Of a DNA stretch of 64,000 nt, positions 28,826-38,592 are shown one piece after another; the first letter of the stretch is position 1, and every line of letters begins with the position of its first letter. Below the pieces are notes generated by a model that did no database searches, was not told the DNA's origin, and was given only the letters and a program-made list of their open reading frames with translations. The stretch spans positions 192,001-256,000 of the forward strand of contig JBMNIW010000012.1 of NCBI GenBank assembly GCA_050951325.1. Direction: 5' to 3'. The translations under genes and the position numbers were made by a program. Origin of the DNA: Clostridia bacterium. Lineage in GTDB: Bacteria; Bacillota; Clostridia; UBA1212; DUPL01.

Positions 28826-29848
28826 TTACCTTACAACCCTGCCAGAACCATCGCCGCCCATCAAAGTCTTGACTTCATTGACAGTTACTTGGTTGTAGTC
28901 ACCATAAATTGAATGTTTGAGACAGGATGCAGCTACTGCAAACTCTATAGCCTCCCTTGGCTCGTAGTTGTTTAAAAGTGAGTAGATAAGGCCGCCACCA
29001 AAGGAATCACCGCCGCCTACTCTGTCCACAATGTGTACGTTGTATTTTCTGCTGAAATAGTAATCGTTTCCATCAAACAGCATTGCGCTCCAGTTGTTGT
29101 CGTCAGCAGACAAGCTTTCTCTAAGTGTAATGGCAACATACTTAAGACCAAACCTGTCCGCCAGCTGCTTTGCCACATCCTTGTAGCCAGCTACGTTAAG
29201 CTCACCTGAAACAACGTCCGTGCCTCTTGCCTTGATACCAAACACATCGTCAGCGTCCTCTTCGTTGGCTATGCACAAGTCAACATACTGCATAAGCTCG
29301 CCCATTACCTTGCCAGCCTTCTCCCTAGTCCAAAGCTTCTTGCGGTAGTTTAAGTCGCAACTTACCATGATTCCTTTTTCATTGCACTTCTTCAGTGCTT
29401 CCAATGTAACTTCCGCCACATTGTCGCCCAATGCAGGAGTGATTCCGGTAAAATGGAACCATGTTGCGTCATCCAAAACTTTGTCCCAGTCTATTTCACC
29501 AGGCTGGATTGCTGATATGGACGAATATTTTCTATCATAAACAACTTTTGAAGGTCTTTGCGATGCACCGGTTTCAAGGAAATAAATACCGAGTCTTTCT
29601 CCGCCTCTCAATACGTTGCTGGTGCCAACACCGTATTGTCTTAGCGAATTTATGGCAGCCTGACCTATTTCATTCTCAGGCACTTTTGATACAAACACAG
29701 CATTTTCACCGTAATTGGCAAGGGATACACTCACGTTTGCCTCTGCTCCACCAAAAGTAGCAATAAAGTTGTCTGCCTGAACAAATCTCAACCTGTCAGG
29801 GGTTGCCAGCCTCAACATTATTTCTCCAAAACATACAATCTTGTTCAT
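28826..29848 (-). CDS. kdgK: 2-keto-3-deoxygluconate kinase
   Basis: FGEIMLRL, GGAEANV, DLNYRKKLW, DRVGGGDSF; next to eda. Confidence 0.9.
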   Translation of the reverse strand: MNKIVCFGEIMLRLATPDRLRFVQADNFIATFGGAEANVSVSLANYGENAVFVSKVPENEIGQAAINSLRQYGVGTSNVLRGGERLGIYFLETGASQRPSKVVYDRKYSSISAIQPGEIDWDKVLDDATWFHFTGITPALGDNVAEVTLEALKKCNEKGIMVSCDLNYRKKLWTREKAGKVMGELMQYVDLCIANEEDADDVFGIKARGTDVVSGELNVAGYKDVAKQLADRFGLKYVAITLRESLSADDNNWSAMLFDGNDYYFSRKYNVHIVDRVGGGDSFGGGLIYSLLNNYEPREAIEFAVAASCLKHSIYGDYNQVTVNEVKTLMGGDGSGRVVR

Positions 29849-30489
29849 TCTTTCCTACCTCTCCTTACCGCTTCTATATATTTCAATCCAGTTTCATATA
29901 TCGAATCGTAGTCGCCTGTCTTTGCACCCTTGGTCAGATTGCTTCCCACGCCTATTGCCACTGCACCCGCCTTGATCCAGTCTGCAGCATTATCAAGATT
30001 CACACCGCCTGTAGGCATAAGCTTTGCATGTGGCAGCGGACCTTTTACCGCTTTAATAAATGCAGGACCGAACAACTCGCCTGGGAACAACTTTATAATA
30101 TCCACACCGCACTCCATACACTCGACTACTTCCTTTACAGTCATGGCGCCCGCCATGCAGGGAATCTGGTACCTGTTGCATAAAGTAACAGTATCTTTGT
30201 TCAAACAGGGGGTTATGATATATTGTGCGCCTGCCAAGATGGCGTCTCTTGCAGTTTCCGCATCCAAAACGGTTCCCGCACCAATAATAACTTCGCCGTT
30301 TTTGTAAGTCTTTGCAAGCTCTTTAATAACATCACCGGCCCCAGGCACCGTGTATGTTATTTCAACAGCCACAATACCTGCTTTTGCACACTGCTCCGCT
30401 ATTTTAAGTGCCTGTTCCGGGGTCTCGGCTCTTACAACAGCAACAACTCCACAGTCAACAATCCGTTTTAACACTGTACTCTTATCCAT
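29845..30489 (-). CDS. eda: KDPG/KHG aldolase
   Basis: VAVVRA, EIT, IGAGTVLD, KLFPG, MPTGGV. Confidence 0.92.
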   Translation of the reverse strand: MDKSTVLKRIVDCGVVAVVRAETPEQALKIAEQCAKAGIVAVEITYTVPGAGDVIKELAKTYKNGEVIIGAGTVLDAETARDAILAGAQYIITPCLNKDTVTLCNRYQIPCMAGAMTVKEVVECMECGVDIIKLFPGELFGPAFIKAVKGPLPHAKLMPTGGVNLDNAADWIKAGAVAIGVGSNLTKGAKTGDYDSIYETGLKYIEAVRRGRKE

Positions 30490-30624
30490 TTATTCATCAA
30501 CCTAACCTTATGAAATTTTTTATATCAAAAATATAATATCACATAATCCGTCACTTTACCATATTACTCTGTAAAGTTCGTACACAAAAATTTAAAGCCA
30601 GGCAATCGCCCGGCCAAACTCTCC

Positions 30625-32319
30625 TTATTGATAATATGATATTTTAATAAGTTCCTGGGGTGACGTTATCCCCTTTCTTACAAGCTCCATTGCGCTCTCC
30701 TTAAGAGTCATCATGCCCTGCTCCTCAATGGCATAAGCCTGTATTTCGTCCATTGGAGCCTTGCTGGATATGAGTGTCCTCAATGTCCTGTCGATTATAG
30801 CCATCTCATGGATGGCAATTCTGCCCTTGTAGCCCGTATTGTTGCAGATGTGGCAGCCGGTACCTTTTTTGACTTCGACAATATCATCGTCAAGGAACTC
30901 TCTTTCTGAAAGCTCCGGTTTGTACGTTGTCATGCAGTATGGACATATTTTTCGAATAAGCCTCTGTGCTACTAGTCCTGTAACGGAGTTAGCTATAAGG
31001 TATGGAGATATGCCCATGTCGTTCAATCTTACTATGGCAGACAAAGCATCATTTGTATGCAGTGTAGACAAGACAAGGTGTCCAGTAATGGCGGCTCTTA
31101 CTGATATCTGTGCGGTTTCTATATCCCTTGTTTCTCCAACCATTATGATATCAGGGTCTTGTCTAAGTATCGCCCTTAATCCCACGTCAAAAGTAAGGCC
31201 TGCCACGTTGTTAACCTGCATCTGATTCACTCTTTCGAGGTTTCTTTCCACAGGGTCCTCAATGGTGGATATGTTTACTTCTCCTTTTGACAAATGTTCC
31301 AATGCCATATACAAAGTTGTGGTCTTTCCGCTTCCGGTAGGACCTGTAATATATATGATTCCGTGAGGTGACATGAGCATTTGTTTAAACTTTTCATAAT
31401 TTGTTGAGTTCATTCCAAACTGGTCCTTGTTGTCGATAGGCGTATCGGTGAGAAGAAATCTCATAACCGCCTTTTCACCATAGATTGTTGGAATTATGGA
31501 CACCCTCACGTTTATTTCATTACCCTCAACAACTGTCCTGAAATGGCCATCCTGGGGGACTCTTTTCTCTGCTATGTTCAGGTTGGAAAGAATCTTTATA
31601 CGTGCTATCAAAGGATTTTGTATTTGATGGGTAAGGTTCATGTAATCGACAAGCATCCCATCCACCCTGAACCTTATTACCGTTCGTTCTTCAAAAGGCT
31701 CTATGTGAATATCGCTCGCGTTGGTACTGTAGCCTTTTGACAATAGACTATCAAGCAGCCTTACCACCGGTGCCAAGGTAGTGCTCTCCGCCTCTTCCAC
31801 ATTCGTTACTTCCACAGTTGTGCTTAGAACGCTGGAATGGGCGTGTTTTGCAGCTTTCTGAGCATCTATTTCACTGTAATAATAGTTGATTAGATCGAGT
31901 ATGCTTTGTGACTCGGAAAGATAAAGGGAGAGATTCATTTTTGTAAGCTGTCTTATGTCCTCAATGGCATAGAAGTTAAGCGGGTCACTCATGGCAACGG
32001 ACAATGTTCCATTCTCCACTTTTATGCCTATCATATTGTACTTTACAGCCAGGTCTTTTGGTATCTTGCTTACTGCCTCTATTTCTACGGGAAATGCGAT
32101 AACATTTATAACAGGGAGGTTAAGACGCTGTCCCAATGCCTCAATAACCTGGGTTTCTGTAACAAAGCCAAGTTCAATAAGTATCTGTCCCAGTCTTTTT
32201 TTTCTGTCCCTTTTCTGGGCCTCGAGAGCCTGGTTCAACTGGTCATCGTTGATATAATTGTATTCCTTTAGGACTTCGCCTATAGGAACATTCACAATGT
32301 TGCTCATAATCTCACCCAT
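30625..32319 (-). CDS. pilB: Type IV pilus assembly ATPase with MshEN-like N-terminus
   Basis: RLGQILIELG, ASDIHIEP, PQDG, GPTGSGKTTT, RQDPDIIMVGE, CPYC...CHIC. Confidence 0.9.
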   Translation of the reverse strand: MGEIMSNIVNVPIGEVLKEYNYINDDQLNQALEAQKRDRKKRLGQILIELGFVTETQVIEALGQRLNLPVINVIAFPVEIEAVSKIPKDLAVKYNMIGIKVENGTLSVAMSDPLNFYAIEDIRQLTKMNLSLYLSESQSILDLINYYYSEIDAQKAAKHAHSSVLSTTVEVTNVEEAESTTLAPVVRLLDSLLSKGYSTNASDIHIEPFEERTVIRFRVDGMLVDYMNLTHQIQNPLIARIKILSNLNIAEKRVPQDGHFRTVVEGNEINVRVSIIPTIYGEKAVMRFLLTDTPIDNKDQFGMNSTNYEKFKQMLMSPHGIIYITGPTGSGKTTTLYMALEHLSKGEVNISTIEDPVERNLERVNQMQVNNVAGLTFDVGLRAILRQDPDIIMVGETRDIETAQISVRAAITGHLVLSTLHTNDALSAIVRLNDMGISPYLIANSVTGLVAQRLIRKICPYCMTTYKPELSEREFLDDDIVEVKKGTGCHICNNTGYKGRIAIHEMAIIDRTLRTLISSKAPMDEIQAYAIEEQGMMTLKESAMELVRKGITSPQELIKISYYQ

Positions 32320-32954
32320 TACATTAGCAGTTCAAACAAATTGAATTTGCCTTCCTCGTGCATATATATCTCAAAAGTCATTACTATTCCAACATTTGAT
32401 GCATCCTCTCCCAATGAGCCACCCTCTCCTGAAAGTATGTTACAGGTCTCTATCCTTATTGTCCCGGTTTCTGAAAACAAATCCAAAATATTTTCAAAAT
32501 CCTCCATACTCCCTTCAAGACGTATGGAAATCCTCATAGCCTGAACGTTTACCGCTTCTTCCTTCTTATCGCTCTGCATGTATGGCAGTATCTCTTTGGT
32601 AAAGGGGCCAGTTACGTTAAAGCTTTTAAGTACAATATTGTTTCTAATTGCAATTTCCGATACAAAAGCATCTATTTGCTGGTTGCTTAGCACAGGATTC
32701 ATTCTGGAAAGAAGCTCGTCCACTTCTGTTTCAAGCTCCACAATCTCTTCCTTGTATCTTTCGTAATTGTTTATGCCGCTCCTTACCTCGAATTCCTTAA
32801 GCTCAAGTTCAAAAAGTGTGTTTTCTAATTCGCTGTGCCTGTCAAAAAGGGGCTTTACTACAAACATTCCAATACCATAAAGGATAAGGATGACCAGCAG
32901 GATGTATAATAGAACTTTTTCTCTTTTTGTGAGCTTTCTAAAAATCGTTGACAT
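32319..32954 (-). CDS. pilO: PilO/GspM-like alignment protein
   Basis: LTKREK plus TM plus coiled coil; position in the operon. Confidence 0.65.
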   Translation of the reverse strand: MSTIFRKLTKREKVLLYILLVILILYGIGMFVVKPLFDRHSELENTLFELELKEFEVRSGINNYERYKEEIVELETEVDELLSRMNPVLSNQQIDAFVSEIAIRNNIVLKSFNVTGPFTKEILPYMQSDKKEEAVNVQAMRISIRLEGSMEDFENILDLFSETGTIRIETCNILSGEGGSLGEDASNVGIVMTFEIYMHEEGKFNLFELLM

Positions 32955-33541
32955 TATTCATGCACCCCTGCTTTCAATAGGCACGTAACCTTGAATGTAT
33001 ATTCATTCTCCCTGATTTGACTCCAACCATCATAATATACTTCCTCAAAAAGCTGCGTGGCGCTCAAATCCTGAGTGAATGTTGATGCCGCTTTAATGTC
33101 CGTTGTTGATACATGCAATACCATATATGCGCCGCCAACATTTGAACTGTAGGAAATGTCATGTATTACAATATCATCCTTCATGCATCCTTCTATCTTT
33201 TCAAACAGTTCCGAATTGAAAAATGGATATGAATTATAATTGTTTCTGAATTTTATCAATGCACTTTCTTTATCATTTAGTTCACTTTGCCTATCCTTTA
33301 TTTCAACTACTTCCTCATGTTTTTTTGATATCTCGGGATTGTTCAAATACTCGTTTATCTTGTCAATCTCACTGGAAAGCTCTTGATTCTTTACATAAAG
33401 CCAATATGACATTCCTCCCATTATCATTACGATTAATATGGGGAAAATCGCCAGAAGTACACCCGTTGGATTCTTCTCCTTCTTTACTTTTGATTTTTTT
33501 AGTGCCTTGTACAGATTAATATCTTTTGTCATATCGCCCAT
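32954..33541 (-). CDS. pilN: PilN-like alignment protein
   Basis: DINL motif, TM, coiled coil; position in the operon. Confidence 0.7.
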   Translation of the reverse strand: MGDMTKDINLYKALKKSKVKKEKNPTGVLLAIFPILIVMIMGGMSYWLYVKNQELSSEIDKINEYLNNPEISKKHEEVVEIKDRQSELNDKESALIKFRNNYNSYPFFNSELFEKIEGCMKDDIVIHDISYSSNVGGAYMVLHVSTTDIKAASTFTQDLSATQLFEEVYYDGWSQIRENEYTFKVTCLLKAGVHE

Positions 33542-33552
33542 CCTACCCCAAC

Positions 33553-34467
33553 TTATATCAGATTCCCACTTGCGTATATGTTGTCCGAAAGAATAAAGCC
33601 CTGTGCCTTTTTATGCACAAAGACCTCGGTTTCATTGTGCGGAAAAATCTGCGCTTTTATTCCAAGCGCACTGTTTATCTGGCTGTATAGAGCTTCCTCG
33701 TCTTTATATAGGCCGCAGAAATACACATTTTCAACATTATGACCACTGCGCTGCGTACTGGCAAACTGCAAAAAGTTTGATACATGCTGCGTAATTTCCA
33801 TAAATGACAGGTTCGTTCCCCTATCGTAAATAAGCCTGTATCTGCTGGATATGGAATACTTTCCGTTTACAAACAAATAGCTTGCAAAACTGCTTCCGTC
33901 CAGTGTAATGACTATGTAAGTCTTTTCCCTCAAGCTTCTTAAGAAATGTCCAATCTTGATCATGCTGTTTATACCAAGATTTATGTTTGTTATACGTATG
34001 CCATTGCTTTCAAACAAGTCCACATAGCTTTGAAGAAGGCTTTTCTGTACACTGCAAGCATAAATATCCATCCCGTATTTCTTCTGATCCTTTTTCTTTA
34101 TGTTGTCGTCTGCATGCAAAACCGCGTAATCCAGAACATTTTCGCCTTCTTGAGGAGACAACTCCCTATTAATAATCCGCAGTATCTTTTTGTGGGAAAC
34201 CAATGGAACCCTCATTACCTTTCCTACTACAGGTGCGTTATCTATAACGAGGCTGATGCCTTTGGTTGGAAACTTGTTGGTCTTCCATATGTCTCCAATC
34301 TCCTCCCTTAATGCCAGGGCATCCGTTATAACTCCATTTAACATGGAGCCATCAGGTGTGGGTGCATTAAGATATTCATATATATTGAATACACCAAACT
34401 TGGCATCACCATTCACTATATGAATTTTTTCATTTGATATGTGTACTGATATCATTCTACACCTCAA
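33553..34467 (-). CDS. pilM: PilM-like actin-fold protein
   Basis: GSMLNGVITD...L and VYFCG motifs; position in the operon. Confidence 0.7.
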   Translation of the reverse strand: MRCRMISVHISNEKIHIVNGDAKFGVFNIYEYLNAPTPDGSMLNGVITDALALREEIGDIWKTNKFPTKGISLVIDNAPVVGKVMRVPLVSHKKILRIINRELSPQEGENVLDYAVLHADDNIKKKDQKKYGMDIYACSVQKSLLQSYVDLFESNGIRITNINLGINSMIKIGHFLRSLREKTYIVITLDGSSFASYLFVNGKYSISSRYRLIYDRGTNLSFMEITQHVSNFLQFASTQRSGHNVENVYFCGLYKDEEALYSQINSALGIKAQIFPHNETEVFVHKKAQGFILSDNIYASGNLI

Positions 34468-35645
34468 TACCTGTATCTGTATAAGTTCACCATGGGGAGC
34501 ATTACTGCCATAACTACAAATCCTATGACAACTGCCAGGAAAATTACCAATGCAGGAGCCAGATATGTAGTTATTCTCTGCATGGCTGCCTCCGCTTCGT
34601 ATTCCATCGAGTTTGCCGTTGCTTCAAGCATCTTGTCCAGTCGACCGGTTTCCTCTCCAACTGATATTGTTGATGATAGTTTAATGTCGAATCCGTCTAC
34701 CATGCCTATCGAAGTTGACAAGGAGTCACCACTTTTCACTCTTTCAATGACACGGTCAAACTGATCCGCTATAAATCTGTTTGTTATGGTATTTTTAGCA
34801 ATCGACAAACATTTTATCATAGGTATTCCACTGGAGTAAAGGGAGTTCAATGTTCTTGCAAATCTGGCAGTATGAATTATCCTTAGGAGTTTGCCTATTC
34901 TGGGTATTTTGAATTTTGCTTTGTCAAACAAAACCTGGAATTCCCGAAATCTCCATGCAATTGCAAACACAAAAATTATTGACATAAATATGATAAAAAC
35001 AGCCAGAAGGTTTCTTCTGAGCAGATTGCTTAATCCCAATATTATTTTAGTTGGCAGCGGCAATTCCATACCAGTAAATATATCGGAGAACCTGGGCATG
35101 ATAAATACGAAAATAATGAAGACACTTACAATTGTAAGTCCAAGCAAAATTATTGGATATACCGTACTTCCCAATATCTTCAGGCGAAGCTCTTCATCTT
35201 TTTCATAGTGGTCTGCAAGATTCATAGCGGTTTTATCAAGGGTGCCGCTTACTTCAGATGCTCTTATCATATTGACCATAAGTTCAGGGAATGACCCCTG
35301 TTCTTCCATTGCATCGGATAGAGACATTCCCTGCCTTATCTTCATGTTTATTTCGTTGTATATTTCTCTAATATGTTTCTTAACGTCCCTCTGACTTATT
35401 ATCTGCAAAGAGCGTGCAAGGTCTACTCCCGCACCCAGGAGACTTCCCAAATTGCGGCAGAAATCCGAAATCTCCATTGCCGTAAGCTTGTATTTCTTCT
35501 TTCTTTCCACATGTTCTTTACATGTCAAAAGAAACAAGCCCTCTGCCTTGAGCAGCTCGTGCAACTTTTCCTCATCTGAAGCTTCTCTCATCCCATATTC
35601 TTTTTTGCCTTGTATATTGGTTGCAGTATATTTGTATATAGGCAT
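34464..35645 (-). CDS. pilC: Type IV pilus platform protein (GspF/PilC)
   Basis: MPIYKY, SG.LD, YP, GEETGRLD. Confidence 0.9.
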   Translation of the reverse strand: MPIYKYTATNIQGKKEYGMREASDEEKLHELLKAEGLFLLTCKEHVERKKKYKLTAMEISDFCRNLGSLLGAGVDLARSLQIISQRDVKKHIREIYNEINMKIRQGMSLSDAMEEQGSFPELMVNMIRASEVSGTLDKTAMNLADHYEKDEELRLKILGSTVYPIILLGLTIVSVFIIFVFIMPRFSDIFTGMELPLPTKIILGLSNLLRRNLLAVFIIFMSIIFVFAIAWRFREFQVLFDKAKFKIPRIGKLLRIIHTARFARTLNSLYSSGIPMIKCLSIAKNTITNRFIADQFDRVIERVKSGDSLSTSIGMVDGFDIKLSSTISVGEETGRLDKMLEATANSMEYEAEAAMQRITTYLAPALVIFLAVVIGFVVMAVMLPMVNLYRYRY

Positions 35646-35712
35646 ATTATCGTCTCATAACTATTAGCTCTTCCATATCGTCCAATTCAATTCTACCATG
35701 ATACATACTTTT

Positions 35713-35741
35713 AGAAAAGAGGACGGCATTTACGCCGCCCT
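35713..35741 (-). terminator. Terminator or attenuator between the pilin gene and pilC
   Basis: Minus strand GGGCGGCGTAAATGCCGTCC followed by TCTTTTCT. Confidence 0.65.
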
Positions 35742-35760
35742 GTCAATACCTGAAGATTAA

Positions 35761-36168
35761 CTAGCTTGCCTGCGGTTGTGTTTCTGGTTCTTCAGTTGAA
35801 GTTGGTTCTGAAATTGTTACTCCTTTATATTCAACTTTAGTAACCTTGCCATTTGACACAACTAATTTCGTTATATCCTCAACTTTAACATCGGCCAGTT
35901 CAGCAACATCTTTAACAAACTCATTGTAATCATCATCTGGATCATCTGAATTTATATTAAAATCTTCATCTTTTGCATATTTCTCAGATGCCAGTGTCTG
36001 AGCAGCTAGATATACCGCTCTGGCTTCTGCAGCACTAGTTTTTTTATTTGCTTTGTCAATCCACCCGATCATCGTTGGCACCAATACTGCTGCCAAAATT
36101 GCCAATATTACCAATACAACGATAACCTCAACTAGAGTCATACCTTTTTTGTTGAATAATTTCTTCAT
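35761..36168 (-). CDS. pilA: Major type IV pilin
   Basis: Class III signal NKKG|MTLVEVIVVLVILAILAAVLVP with E5. Confidence 0.85.
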   Translation of the reverse strand: MKKLFNKKGMTLVEVIVVLVILAILAAVLVPTMIGWIDKANKKTSAAEARAVYLAAQTLASEKYAKDEDFNINSDDPDDDYNEFVKDVAELADVKVEDITKLVVSNGKVTKVEYKGVTISEPTSTEEPETQPQAS

Positions 36169-36250
36169 AAGTTGACACCTCTTCTATATATTCTCTATTA
36201 TTTTTTTACTACAATACGCCTTTTATACAAGGTTTAGCACGTAGATGCTA

Positions 36251-38240
36251 CCCGTCTTCCGTCATAAGGTACTAGTATAATCCGTAATTCCAAAATAGAT
36301 ATGCATTGTTATTAACTTATAAACCTTGGAAAACCTACATTTTATTTGTGTTTACACCAGAAAAATCTGGTGTTTTTTTCTTGCAAAAAAATTTTATGCA
36401 TGATATAATAATAGTACTTCATAGTACCCTGAAAACGGAGGATTAACATGGCATACTTTTTACGTAAAGATAAAAGAAAAAATGGTTTATATCTTCAAAT
36501 GTACGAAAATTATTGGGATAAGAATTTGAAACAGGCAAGAACAAGACATATTTGTTCCTTCGGATATGTTGAGGATCTTGTTTCCGACGATATTCCTGAT
36601 CCTATTGCATATTACACCGAGGTCGTTAGGCAGAAGGAAATTGAGCGTAAAAAAATGCTAAATGAGGATATGCGTCCAAGAGCATTTGGGGATTGTGTTG
36701 AAAAAAATGTTGGATATTTCCTGTTCCATTCCTTGATTGAGGAACTTGAGGTCAAGGAAGTAATAGATATTCTCGCCTCTGTCTGTAAGTTTCGTTTTAG
36801 TGTTTACGACCTGCTTACCCAACTTATCTATTCCAGGATCATATGTCCTTGCTCGAAATCCAAGACTGTTTCGGATGTTTTCCCACTCTTGTATCGGTAT
36901 TCTCCGATATCTGAAGACCAGGTTTATGACGGACTTTTCTTTATTGGCGGATCCTATAAGAAGTATATAGAGTTATTTAACAAACAATACGAGAAGTTCT
37001 ACAAAAGAAACTACAATAGAGCTTATTTTGATTGTACGAATTATTACTTCGAGATAGACTTTCCGAAGGATGACAAGCAGAAAGGTCCTTCAAAAGAAAA
37101 TAGCAAAAACCCCATCATTGGGCAGGCTATGCTTCTTGATTCGGACCTTGTTCCGATTAGTATGCAAATGTATCCGGGAAACGAGTCCGAGAAGCCATAT
37201 ATAAGGAAAATAATCGAAGAGATGAAGCAGAAATACAATGTGACCGGTAAGACTGTTCAAATTGCAGACAAGGGGCTTAACTGTGCCCGTAACATATATG
37301 CTGCCGTTGTAGAGGCTAATGACGGATACATCTTTTCAAAAGCCATTAAAGGCAGAAAACTAAGCAAGAAAGAGAAAAGTTGGATCCTGCTAGAGAATCA
37401 AGACAATGTATTTACCGATTATACAGATGCTAAGGGAAACTTGTTATACCGCCTGAAGAGCTGCGTTGATACTTTTGAATATTCCTTCGAAGAAACTGAT
37501 CCTGATACCGGCGAGAACAGGAAAATCACTTTCTCGGTAAAAGAAAAGCGCGTAGTTTCATACAATCCATGCCTTGCAAGGAAGCAGCAGGCTGAGATAA
37601 AAAAGATGGTAGACAAAACTCTCAACTACGTTACCCATAAACAGTTGGTAAAAGAAGAGATAGGAGATGCTTCAAAATATTTGAAAGTCACCAACAAAGA
37701 CAAACACGGCAGGAAAATTGAGCCTATAATTGAAATAGACACAGCCAAAGTTGAAGAGGACATGAAATTAGCCGGGTACAATCTTATTGTCACATCCGAA
37801 ATCGACATGACGCCGAATCAGATATACGAGGCATATCACGGACTATGGAAGATTGAAGAGAGCTTCCGAATCTCTAAATCCTATCTTGACGCAAGACCTG
37901 CTTATGTACAAAAGCAAGAAACAATTTACGGGCATTTTCTTATATGTTACCTTAGTTTGTTTCTTTTACGTATATTGGAAATTAAGTGTTTCAAAGACAA
38001 AGTTAATGCCTATGACATCATAACATTCATACGTGACTTCAGAGTCGTGAAGAAGGATGACAACACGTACATAAACCTTTCCCGCAATCGAAGTGCTAAT
38101 GAAAAGATTAAGTCTGTTACTGGGATCAATGTATTGGATGCTCTGTACTTAACAGAACGAGAACTTGACAATTTATTTGATTCTACTATCCTAATCGACT
38201 ACTAAGGTACTATGTTTTGAGTTGAACGACGGAAGTCAGG
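36251..38240 (+). mobile_element. Intact IS1634-family element (1990 bp) with 5-bp TSD TGCTA
   Basis: IRs CCCGTCTTCCGTC and CCTGACTTCCGTC (11/13); TGCTA at 36246-36250 and 38241-38245. Confidence 0.92.
36448..38205 (+). CDS. IS1634-family transposase
   Basis: YFDCTNYYFEID, YPGNESEKP, ADKGLN, YHGLWKIEESFR. Confidence 0.93.
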   Translation: MAYFLRKDKRKNGLYLQMYENYWDKNLKQARTRHICSFGYVEDLVSDDIPDPIAYYTEVVRQKEIERKKMLNEDMRPRAFGDCVEKNVGYFLFHSLIEELEVKEVIDILASVCKFRFSVYDLLTQLIYSRIICPCSKSKTVSDVFPLLYRYSPISEDQVYDGLFFIGGSYKKYIELFNKQYEKFYKRNYNRAYFDCTNYYFEIDFPKDDKQKGPSKENSKNPIIGQAMLLDSDLVPISMQMYPGNESEKPYIRKIIEEMKQKYNVTGKTVQIADKGLNCARNIYAAVVEANDGYIFSKAIKGRKLSKKEKSWILLENQDNVFTDYTDAKGNLLYRLKSCVDTFEYSFEETDPDTGENRKITFSVKEKRVVSYNPCLARKQQAEIKKMVDKTLNYVTHKQLVKEEIGDASKYLKVTNKDKHGRKIEPIIEIDTAKVEEDMKLAGYNLIVTSEIDMTPNQIYEAYHGLWKIEESFRISKSYLDARPAYVQKQETIYGHFLICYLSLFLLRILEIKCFKDKVNAYDIITFIRDFRVVKKDDNTYINLSRNRSANEKIKSVTGINVLDALYLTERELDNLFDSTILIDY

Positions 38241-38254
38241 TGCTAAGTATAAAA

Positions 38255-38283
38255 ATAATAACGTATTTTTCCAGTGATGTCAA
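38255..38283 (-). promoter_or_regulatory. Native sigma70 promoter of the pil operon, displaced by IS1634
   Basis: TTGACA-17 nt-TATTAT on the minus strand, 9 bp from the TSD. Confidence 0.75.
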
Positions 38284-38592
38284 TACTTCTTTTATAATCT
38301 TAGCAAAAAAATTTAACTAATTTTTCACAAAAAATATATTGTTTTTACGTTTTAATTGTTTTGTTGTTCACTTATACACAAGCAATATTAGTAAAACTGG
38401 CAAAAAAAATATATACATACCATAAAAACTATCATACCCACCATCCCGTAAACTGAGTCCGAGTTTATCTTTAACTTGGACTCGCTTGCTTTCTATAACA
38501 GGATGTCTGTTTAGGCTATCTTTAGTTAGCGTAAAGATTCTCTAGGTTTGTGACAAAAAAAGTAAAGCCCCTCAATATGTTATAATATATTT

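Noticed and set aside
36234-36250. CIRCE (HrcA) element
   Set aside because: Only TTAGCA/TGCTAA match; the inner CTC/GAG bases and the spacing do not fit
36170-36250. c-di-GMP riboswitch in the pilin leader
   Set aside because: The leader is too short and lacks the characteristic motifs
38454-38482. Hairpin GAGTCCGAGTT...AACTTGGACTC as an ncRNA or MITE
   Set aside because: A single hairpin with no second copy, TSD or recognisable family, so it cannot be assigned
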